Part shown: piece after piece, positions 17,743 through 24,839 of the stretch
How the letters are laid out: each line of letters opens with the position of its first letter
Numbering within the stretch: position 1 is the stretch's first letter
Assembly (NCBI GenBank): GCA_033762295.1
Contig: JANRLW010000012.1
Span: forward strand, 1-24,839
DNA: 24,839 nt
Direction of reading: 5' to 3'
Source: Capsulimonadales bacterium
GTDB lineage: Bacteria > Armatimonadota > Armatimonadia > Armatimonadales > Armatimonadaceae
Program-made: the position numbers and the translations under genes
Notes under the pieces: generated by a model
What the model saw: only the letters and a program-made list of their open reading frames with translations
What the model was told of the DNA's origin: nothing
Databases searched by the model: none

Positions 17743-20418
17743 TTACGGCTGATTACCCGGCGTCGGTGCGGGAGCGGAAGGGAGCGCGACCGGCGGCTGC
17801 GGCACGGAAGGCGCGGACGTCGGCGGCTGGTCGGAACGATTGGGAACGCCGGGACCTTCCGTGGCAGGGACCGGCGGCGAGGACGGCGCGAGCGGAAGCT
17901 CGTTGGCGCGGATCTCCTTGATCATGTCGCGCGTTTTCGACTGTAACTGCCGCTCCGTCTCGGCACGGAGCTTCTGCGCTTCCGTTGTGTCCCGGACGAT
18001 CTTCGGCGTCAGGAACACCAGCAATTCGGTCTTGTTTTTCGTCGTCGAATTCGATCGGAAGAGGTTGCCCAGGAGCGGAAGGTCTCCGAGCAGGGGAATC
18101 TTATTGACGGTCGCCGAGATCGAACTTTTGATGATGCCGCCGAGAACGACCGTCTCTCCGTCTTTCACACTGACCGTGGTATCCGCCTCCCGCTGGTTCA
18201 CGACCGGCGCGTTGAAGTCGGTGTAACGGACGAAGTCGTTGGCGGTCTGTGTCACGTCCATCGTGACATACCCGTTGGACGTGATCCGGGGCGTCACCGT
18301 CAGAACGATCCCGACATCGAGGAAGGCGTAGTTGAACGCGAGGTTGCCGTTCGCCAGTACCTGCTGGCTGACGACATACGGGAGGCTCTGGCTGATATTG
18401 ATCTGCGCGGTGGCATTGTTACTGGTGAAGATACGCGGCGTACTCAGCACCTCGAAGCGGGCGTCGGTCTTCAGGGCGTTCAGGAACGCGCCGTACTGCG
18501 GTCCGGTGAGGGTGTAGCGCAGTCCCTGCGGCTGGGCGGTATTGGCCTGATTGCCGAACGACTGGCTCGTATTCGCCGACACACCGGGATCGCCGAAGAC
18601 CTTCGTCTGCGCGATGTTCCATTCGACCCCGAACTTGCTCGTCGCATCCAGGCTGGCCTCGACGATCAACGTTTCGATCATCACCTGCTCGGGGATCTTG
18701 TCCAGCTGTTTCAGGATCTGCTCCAGCAGTTCGCGGTTCTGCGGGGAGGTGACGACGATGACGCTGTTGGTGTTGACATCCGGAATGGCGGTGACGTCGC
18801 CGGTAAGGTCACGCACGTTGATGACGCGGCCATCCTGGTCGGTAGTGACGGCTCGCTGCTGATTCTGCTGGAAGCGTCCGAAGCCTCCCTGACCGAACCC
18901 GCCGAACCCGCCCTGTTGCACGGAGACCGTGGTGGCCAGTTCGCCCGCGAGGGCGCCGGGGTTGGCGAGGGTCAGCGGGATTTCGGTATCGGCGGGGGCG
19001 GCTTCCGGGTTGACGGCACGGGTCGCTTCCGCCGCGCTTTCCGGGGTGCCGACTGCGCGTCCGCCTCCGCCACCGCCTCCGCCGAGGGTCGCCGGAGTGT
19101 TGCTGCGCCGGTTGGTGTTGGCCCGGTTGCCCGTGGTCCCCGTGGTTCGCCGGGTCTGGTTGTTGAAGCCGCCGCCGCCACCCCGGCTGTTGAACGCCTG
19201 GTTGACCAGCTGGGCGACCTCGTCCGCCCGCGCGTTGGAGAGCGTCAGGACGAAGGTACTGCTGGCGAACGGCACTTCCTTGTCCAGTTCGGCGATCACC
19301 TGCGAGATGATGGCGAGATTGTCGTTGGTGGCGGTGACGATCAGCGAGTTGGTACGGATATCGGCGACCACCTGACCGAAGGCGGCCTGCGAGGAGCCGA
19401 AGCGGAACGCCTGCTGAAACCGCTGTTCGATCGGAACGGCCTGAGAGCCCTGCCCGCCGCGTCCGCGCGGCGCGTTGCCGATCAGTACGTTCTGGACGAC
19501 CGCCGCCAGTTCGCTGGCGGTCGCGTACTGAAGCCGGAAGACCTTCGACTGCTGCGGCTGATCGGTCTGCTTGTCGATCTGACGGATCAGGTTTTCAACC
19601 TGGGATTGATCACGGCTCGGCGCGTTGACGATAACGGAGTTGCTATAGTCATCGGCGGAGGCTTTGACACCGCTCGTCGCGCCGCCGCCGCGTCCGGCGA
19701 ATGCCGCCGCGAAGTTGGCGAAGCGGTTTCCACCGCCCCCGCCGCCTCCGCCGCGCCTTCCGAACTGGAACGGGTTGCCTCCGCCGCCCGGAGCGCCCCC
19801 CCCGCCCGGAGCGGTCCCGCCGCCGAAGTTAGGCACGTTCGCCGCCCCGGGAGCGGAAGGAGGCGTCGCGAAAACCTCGTTGATGACGCGGGCGACCTGG
19901 GACGCGTTGGCAAACTTGATCGGGTAGACCTTTAATTGCGATGAGTCTCCCCGGCTCATGGACGACTCTCCGCCTTCCTGGCTCCCGCCGAAACTGCGTC
20001 CGCCTCCGCCAAAGTTGAAGCGTGCCTGTTTCGGCTTGATGATCAGGAAACTGTTCTGCTTCTGCAGTTCGAAATTCTTCAGACCGAGGACGGCGTTGAA
20101 CAGGGCGAACGCGCTGTCGAGGCTCTGCTGGCGCGGGCTTTGCAGGGTCAGGCCACCGGTAAGAGCCGGGTCCTTGAGGATGGTCAGGCCGCTTGCCTGA
20201 CTCAGCATCCGGATGATCGCGTCGACGCTGGCATTCCGGAAGTCCAGCGTGAGACGTACCTTCGGGTCCAGCGGGAAGTTCTGCCAGGCGGGCTTGTCGG
20301 ACCCGCCGTCCCCGCCCAGATCGAACTGGCAGTAGGCGTTCCCGGCCAGCGAAAGGGTCATCAGGAGCGCGCCGGTCAGGCCGGTAAGGGTTTTTCCGAA
20401 GCGTGGAGTGGCTTTCAT
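17743..20418 (-). CDS. gspD: Type II secretion secretin GspD
   Basis: N0 (LDFRNASVDAII); Secretin_N repeats (YPIKFANA, FRLQYATA, LTLSNARA); QVMIETLIVE, LSTPRI, GIVLTVTPRI, VKDGETVVLGG, KIPLLGDLPLLGNLF, ELLVFLTPKI. Confidence 0.95.
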   Translation of the reverse strand: MKATPRFGKTLTGLTGALLMTLSLAGNAYCQFDLGGDGGSDKPAWQNFPLDPKVRLTLDFRNASVDAIIRMLSQASGLTILKDPALTGGLTLQSPRQQSLDSAFALFNAVLGLKNFELQKQNSFLIIKPKQARFNFGGGGRSFGGSQEGGESSMSRGDSSQLKVYPIKFANASQVARVINEVFATPPSAPGAANVPNFGGGTAPGGGGAPGGGGNPFQFGRRGGGGGGGGNRFANFAAAFAGRGGGATSGVKASADDYSNSVIVNAPSRDQSQVENLIRQIDKQTDQPQQSKVFRLQYATASELAAVVQNVLIGNAPRGRGGQGSQAVPIEQRFQQAFRFGSSQAAFGQVVADIRTNSLIVTATNDNLAIISQVIAELDKEVPFASSTFVLTLSNARADEVAQLVNQAFNSRGGGGGFNNQTRRTTGTTGNRANTNRRSNTPATLGGGGGGGGRAVGTPESAAEATRAVNPEAAPADTEIPLTLANPGALAGELATTVSVQQGGFGGFGQGGFGRFQQNQQRAVTTDQDGRVINVRDLTGDVTAIPDVNTNSVIVVTSPQNRELLEQILKQLDKIPEQVMIETLIVEASLDATSKFGVEWNIAQTKVFGDPGVSANTSQSFGNQANTAQPQGLRYTLTGPQYGAFLNALKTDARFEVLSTPRIFTSNNATAQINISQSLPYVVSQQVLANGNLAFNYAFLDVGIVLTVTPRITSNGYVTMDVTQTANDFVRYTDFNAPVVNQREADTTVSVKDGETVVLGGIIKSSISATVNKIPLLGDLPLLGNLFRSNSTTKNKTELLVFLTPKIVRDTTEAQKLRAETERQLQSKTRDMIKEIRANELPLAPSSPPVPATEGPGVPNRSDQPPTSAPSVPQPPVALPSAPAPTPGNQP

Positions 20419-21068
20419 GTTCCGTTAGGTCCTCCGGGCTGCCCGACGGCGATCTGTCGGGGCGATCCGTTGGGTGTCGGCTGACCGCCGGGGGTCAGGT
20501 TCGGGAAGACGACCGGCGCGGGAGGAACCGTGCCCGGAGCGGGCGCGGTCGGCGTTCCCGGCGACGACGGATCGGGCGGTTCCGGGAAGAGCAGAGCGGT
20601 CTCCCGTCCGTTCCCGTCCGCCAGACGAACCGCGACGTTGCCGACGCCGACAACCCGGTAGCCGTTCCACCGATCGCCGGATTTCAGGAAGACGCTGTCG
20701 CCGGTCGCGCTGTTTTCGACCAGCGCCCTCTTGACGTTATCGATGGCCGTGATGCCGGTCAGCACCCAGTTTCCGGTAGTTGCGCCGATCGCCGGGGTTT
20801 TCGCCGCCGGGGGCGTCCCCGTATTGCCCAGAGAACGAGCGGTGACGACCAGAGGGCGGAAGACATTCCCCGAGCGTTTGGAGGCGTACCGCGGAAACGT
20901 CGCTTTCAGATCCTCGGGGAGGACACCGGACGCGACGGCAGCCGGTGTCGCGGTCGGGCGCGGCTTTTTCTTTTTGGCCGGAGCCGCCGGTTCGGTCAGG
21001 ACCACGGCCGCGTAAGCGACCGCGCCCAGAACGGCGGCGTAGATGATCGGACGACTGACTTTAGCCAT
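20415..21068 (-). CDS. GspC/PilP-like membrane-anchored protein
   Basis: N-terminal TM, Pro-rich linker, NVFRPL, and a WVLTGI...ALVEN...FLKSGD beta domain resembling the GspC-HR/PilP fold. Immediately upstream of the secretin. Confidence 0.6.
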   Translation of the reverse strand: MAKVSRPIIYAAVLGAVAYAAVVLTEPAAPAKKKKPRPTATPAAVASGVLPEDLKATFPRYASKRSGNVFRPLVVTARSLGNTGTPPAAKTPAIGATTGNWVLTGITAIDNVKRALVENSATGDSVFLKSGDRWNGYRVVGVGNVAVRLADGNGRETALLFPEPPDPSSPGTPTAPAPGTVPPAPVVFPNLTPGGQPTPNGSPRQIAVGQPGGPNGT

Positions 21069-21627
21069 TCTTTTCTCCCGTCGGAAGCGCCGCGGTCCGT
21101 TTCTCGTCCGTGACATACACCGACAAACCCAGCAGAGCCGTGACCTGACCGGTGGCGCCGTCCGCCGCCGAGATCTGCGCCGTGCGCAGAACCATGCGCG
21201 TTTCGGTTCGATCCGTCGCGGCCAGAAAAGCGACGACCGAGGGATACGGCCCGGAGACCTGAACGGTCCAGGGCAGTTCCGTCACCTGATCGAGAACCCG
21301 TGGCCGCTGCGGCCGGAAAGCCGCCATCGTCAGCTTGTATTTCCGGGTACGCTCGTTGAGCTGCGCCAGCGCTCCGGCCAGCACCGTGTTCGGATCGCCG
21401 GTTCGTAATCGTTTCCGAATCGTCGCCTCCGCCGCCGCCGATCGCTCCTTCGCCCGGGCGATTTCCGTCTCCAACTGCTGACGACTGCGGACACGACCCT
21501 TCGCGATACCCGCCACGTTCGGGGGCGGCACCAGGATCATGTATAAAAATGTTGCTGCCAGCAGACAGATAGCGACGGCGCTCAACAGGCTCGGAAGCTG
21601 CTGCTCCTTGTTTTTGAAATCAAACAT
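21061..21627 (-). CDS. GspM/PilO-like protein
   Basis: N-terminal TM, coiled coil, and an ELPWTVQVSGPYPSVVAFL ferredoxin-like motif; operon position fits. Confidence 0.75.
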   Translation of the reverse strand: MFDFKNKEQQLPSLLSAVAICLLAATFLYMILVPPPNVAGIAKGRVRSRQQLETEIARAKERSAAAEATIRKRLRTGDPNTVLAGALAQLNERTRKYKLTMAAFRPQRPRVLDQVTELPWTVQVSGPYPSVVAFLAATDRTETRMVLRTAQISAADGATGQVTALLGLSVYVTDEKRTAALPTGEKNG

Positions 21628-22952
21628 CAGGGAGTCCGGGAGTCCTTCGGCTCTTTCGCTTTTGCCGACGTAACCGGAGGCCGATTTGTTCGATTTCCCG
21701 AATTTTTCTTTGGCGGTTCGGGTAAGGGCAAATTGCCGATGGCAACCGCGGTGATACTGTACTGGACGACCGGGGTTTCGCTGATCCGTCCGCTGTTGGC
21801 GAAGATCAATTTGACGTCGCGGAATCGACCGGAGGCGGCGAGGGTGCGTAAACAGCGCGCGACATCGGTCTCATTGGTGGTGGTCGCCCGGATCTGGACC
21901 GGTTTGCCGCGTTCCAGGATCAGCGCGGTCAGCCAGGAAGAGGGGGGCAGGGAGTCGCCGACCACCGCCGCGACATCGGCCAGCGGCTGACGCGTTTCAA
22001 ACGCGCGGTCGAGCACCGTTTCAATCGCCGTATTTGTCTGCGTACGGGCGTTTTGGGTATCGCGGATCGAGCGAAGCCGGTTCAACTCCCTGGTCCATTG
22101 GCCCTGTCCGCGAGTGACGACCGCCTGAGCGTCGTGACGATCCGCCCAGACGAGGGCGATCAGAAGAAAGGCGGACAGCATCAGAAGGAGCGCCAGCCGG
22201 GTGCGAAGGGCGGCTCGCCGCTGCGCGACGCGCTGTCGGTCCTCCGACAACTCGAAACCGAACGGAGGCGCTTCGGACAGCAGTTCGAGCGACGTCTCCT
22301 CGCGGGCGATCGCGCCGGGGAGGGTCAGGCTGCCCGCGGTCACGATCCGTCCGTCCGGCGTGCCGAAAGCCAGCAAGGTCCGCCGCGCCTCCTGTGCCGG
22401 ATCGGCGTTCGGGGCGGCGAGACGGCTGAAACGCAACCCGCCGTCGCCGATCGTATCCATGGTCAGGCCGTACGGTCCGGTTTCCAGTACGATGCCGCTG
22501 CTCACCCCGGCCCGCGCGGCGACAGCGACCGAACCCAGAGCGACCGGCAAAATACGGACCGCCTGAAGATTGGCCCGTTTCAGTTCGCTTTGCAGCATCC
22601 GGAGATCGTCGGCGCGAACGGCGGCTATCAGGGTCAGAAACCCCTCGGGCGTCCGTTCGCCGGTCTGCAAAAGATCAAAGGACAGCTGGTCCGCCGGCAG
22701 GGGGAACATCTCGCCGATACGGACGGAAACCAGACGACGAAGGTCCTCGGGCATCGCTTTCGGCAGGGAAAGCGTTTTCAGAAACACGGTGCCGCGTCCG
22801 ATCCCGATCAGGGCATCCCGGTGTCCGCCGAGGACGGCGACGATATCCGAGAGGGTTTCGCCCGATGCCTGCCGTCGTCCGACGGTTTCCATGGCGCGGA
22901 CTCGTCCGGGCGACCATTCGATATATAAGGAAGGTTGTCTTTTTCCGCTCAT
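21627..22952 (-). CDS. GspL / fused PilM-PilN-like protein
   Basis: Cytoplasmic actin-like part (FLKTLSLP, MFPLPADQLSFD), single TM, and a PilN-like domain (LPPSSWLTAL, SGRFRDVKL). ATG 22952 overlaps the gspK stop. Confidence 0.75.
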   Translation of the reverse strand: MSGKRQPSLYIEWSPGRVRAMETVGRRQASGETLSDIVAVLGGHRDALIGIGRGTVFLKTLSLPKAMPEDLRRLVSVRIGEMFPLPADQLSFDLLQTGERTPEGFLTLIAAVRADDLRMLQSELKRANLQAVRILPVALGSVAVAARAGVSSGIVLETGPYGLTMDTIGDGGLRFSRLAAPNADPAQEARRTLLAFGTPDGRIVTAGSLTLPGAIAREETSLELLSEAPPFGFELSEDRQRVAQRRAALRTRLALLLMLSAFLLIALVWADRHDAQAVVTRGQGQWTRELNRLRSIRDTQNARTQTNTAIETVLDRAFETRQPLADVAAVVGDSLPPSSWLTALILERGKPVQIRATTTNETDVARCLRTLAASGRFRDVKLIFANSGRISETPVVQYSITAVAIGNLPLPEPPKKNSGNRTNRPPVTSAKAKEPKDSRTP

Positions 22953-24202
22953 GTTTGCGTTCCTGCGTCGACGGTCTGATCGACGGTCTCGTTCCAATTC
23001 CACCACGAGGGAATTCCCGGATCGGCGAGCCGTTCCCACCGGAGAATTTGCGCCCGGTTATTCCGGATGCCGACCGTGGCCTCGATGGCGACCCCGACAC
23101 CACCGCTCTCTCCGTACGCCCGCACCAGAAAGGTGTCGCTGCCGATCGTGACCGCGTCCGCGATCTGTCCGAGAAGGTTCAGGTTCATGCCGCCGACCGT
23201 CGTCAGGTCCCCCAGACTTTGAAACCCGTTCGTCTGCTGGGCGACGATACTCGCCGCGATTTCCGGGGTAATGCCGGGAACGGTTTCCAGTACGGACTGC
23301 GGCGCAGTGTTCAGATTGATCCGCCCGGTCACGCGGGTCGCGCCGGAAAAACCGGCGGCATCGAGCAGCGAACGGGCGTTATTCAGGTTGATTCCCGGCT
23401 GCGTCAGAAGATTGCGAAAGGAGGCATAAGGGCCGCGCGCCGCCAGCTGGGCCGCCGCCTGCCCGGTGATTCCGAACCGGGCGAAGGTGGCGACCGACAG
23501 GTTCCCCTGGTTGAGATTGATGCGCGGCGACCCGTCGGTCTGCTGGTTGGGCGCCCCGTTCTCCGGGGTGAGCACCGCGATCAGGGGAAGGGGGTTGCCG
23601 CCGGCATCCTGAAGGTTGATCGCCGTGGAGACGATATCGGTCTGCTGGCCGTAGAGGGCGCGCGCCGTCCATCCCCGAATCAACAACAGTTCGCCGGTCG
23701 TGGACAACGCGCCGAGTTTCGTGTTATAGGGTTGCGGAAGGGCGTTGTAATAGGCGTCCTTCGCGCCGTTCGGACGGGCCTGCTGGCCCGTTTCCCGCCA
23801 GTCGAGCAGGGAGTCGATCTGTTCCTGGGTCAGGGGCAGGAGTTGAAGCTGGGCAAGGTCGGCCGTATTGAGGTTGACGAGCGATCCCCCATCGACGATC
23901 TGCAGTCGGAAGCTGGAATCGCCCAGATCGTAGGCGCGATTGCCGTTTCCGCCAAGGAGAAACCAGTCATCGGCCTGAGTGACGGCGGATGGGGCCGTCG
24001 AGGGCAGGACCGCCAGAGCGCGCTGAACGGCCGCGCGCGCCGCCAGCTCCGCCCGGCGAGAGCGCAGTTCGGCCTGGGTGGATTGCAGGGTCGCCCGCTG
24101 ACTGGCGGCGAGAGAGGCGATCAGCGTGACGAGGCCGGCCAGGACGATCAGGGCCTGAACCAGGACGCCGCCACGCTCGAACCGTCGAGCCGTCGTTCTC
24201 AT
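22949..24202 (-). CDS. gspK: GspK-like minor pseudopilin with HhH-type repeats
   Basis: Prepilin-like ERGG followed by hydrophobic VLVQALIVLAGLV without E5; IVD..SLVNLNTA, SLLDWRE, ELLLIRG, INLNTAP and SDTFLVRAYG motifs. Confidence 0.85.
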   Translation of the reverse strand: MRTTARRFERGGVLVQALIVLAGLVTLIASLAASQRATLQSTQAELRSRRAELAARAAVQRALAVLPSTAPSAVTQADDWFLLGGNGNRAYDLGDSSFRLQIVDGGSLVNLNTADLAQLQLLPLTQEQIDSLLDWRETGQQARPNGAKDAYYNALPQPYNTKLGALSTTGELLLIRGWTARALYGQQTDIVSTAINLQDAGGNPLPLIAVLTPENGAPNQQTDGSPRINLNQGNLSVATFARFGITGQAAAQLAARGPYASFRNLLTQPGINLNNARSLLDAAGFSGATRVTGRINLNTAPQSVLETVPGITPEIAASIVAQQTNGFQSLGDLTTVGGMNLNLLGQIADAVTIGSDTFLVRAYGESGGVGVAIEATVGIRNNRAQILRWERLADPGIPSWWNWNETVDQTVDAGTQT

Positions 24203-24839
24203 AGTCCGCCTCCGGCGATCGCGTCGGCGACCGGGTTCAATGCGGTCACATCGCTGTTGGGAATCGGCACGACGAAGCGGCGGACAAATCCGGGATCGTC
24301 CGATGCCAGTTCGTAACTGACCTGCACGGCGGCCGGTAGCCGGCGTCCGCCGATCCCGGTCGTATTCCAGGTTTCGGTCCAGTCGGCCCCGTTCCAGAAC
24401 TCGAAGGCGATGTTGCGGACATCCTCCGTAAGCAGGGCTTCCGTGCCTCCCTGAGACGGATCGCCGTCACTCGGTTGCTGTATCCGCTCGAAAAGGCCCT
24501 GACGGTCCCCGGCGTCCCCGACCGCCTCCGTCGACCACTGGACCTCGGCCACACCGCCCTGCGGACCGTTGCGCTCCTGCTGCGTCTCGAAGTCGTTCTC
24601 GTCAACGCGCAGGCGCAGGGGGATCGACGGCGCGAGCGTGGTAAAGGTCAGGCGGGTGCATCCGGTCAGATCGGAGGCTTCGCTGCCCGCGGACGAGGAA
24701 AGCGTGTCCGTCGGTGCGTTGACCGCGCCGCCTGCCTGGGTCCCGGTCTGCGGAAGCGGGTTCAGGGTATCGCCGACGTTATCCCCGATGAAATAGGTGG
24801 TTCGATCCTGCGCCTCCGAACTGACGAACGCTCCCTGCA
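24199..24839 (-). CDS. gspJ: GspJ-like minor pseudopilin (5' end outside window)
   Basis: The frame is open from the window edge (QGAFVSSE...RLTFTT...VAEVQW...LLTEDVRNIAFEFWNGADWTETW...LPAAVQV). The C-terminal motif is typical of GspJ, and the stop overlaps the gspK ATG. Confidence 0.75.
   Translation of the reverse strand, partial: QGAFVSSEAQDRTTYFIGDNVGDTLNPLPQTGTQAGGAVNAPTDTLSSSAGSEASDLTGCTRLTFTTLAPSIPLRLRVDENDFETQQERNGPQGGVAEVQWSTEAVGDAGDRQGLFERIQQPSDGDPSQGGTEALLTEDVRNIAFEFWNGADWTETWNTTGIGGRRLPAAVQVSYELASDDPGFVRRFVVPIPNSDVTALNPVADAIAGGGL

Overview
GC-rich bacterial chromosomal segment with almost all genes on the minus strand. An Armatimonadota-like diderm origin is my inference from gene content and style; it is not proven. 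Left to right: groEL-groES with a sigma70 promoter and CIRCE element; a stand-alone McsA-like two-CxxC mini-protein; a small acidic ORF; an M20 PepV-like dipeptidase; a tiny Ala/Pro lipoprotein; a class A beta-lactamase-fold serine hydrolase and an atypical SDR; a Ycf46-like AAA+ ATPase. Next is a signalling block, in transcription order: SARP/BTAD-STAND-TPR regulator, GAF histidine kinase, Rcp1-like response regulator, REC-PAS-PP2C-RsbW fusion, STAS anti-anti-sigma. Then a lipoprotein, a Spy/LTXXQ-like exported protein, and the distal part of a translationally coupled type II secretion/pseudopilus operon (gspJ partial, gspK, L/PilMN-like, M/PilO-like, C/PilP-like, secretin gspD). I saw no rRNA, tRNA, CRISPR array or mobile element. 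Most notable hypotheses: (1) 11-bp-period TTAA direct-repeat boxes linking the STAND regulator to itself and to the partner-switching operon; (2) a SigB/SigF-type promoter overlapping a sigma70 promoter in front of the Ycf46-like ATPase; (3) FG/RGG-rich disordered insertions in the secretin; (4) the orphan McsA zinc module next to groESL.
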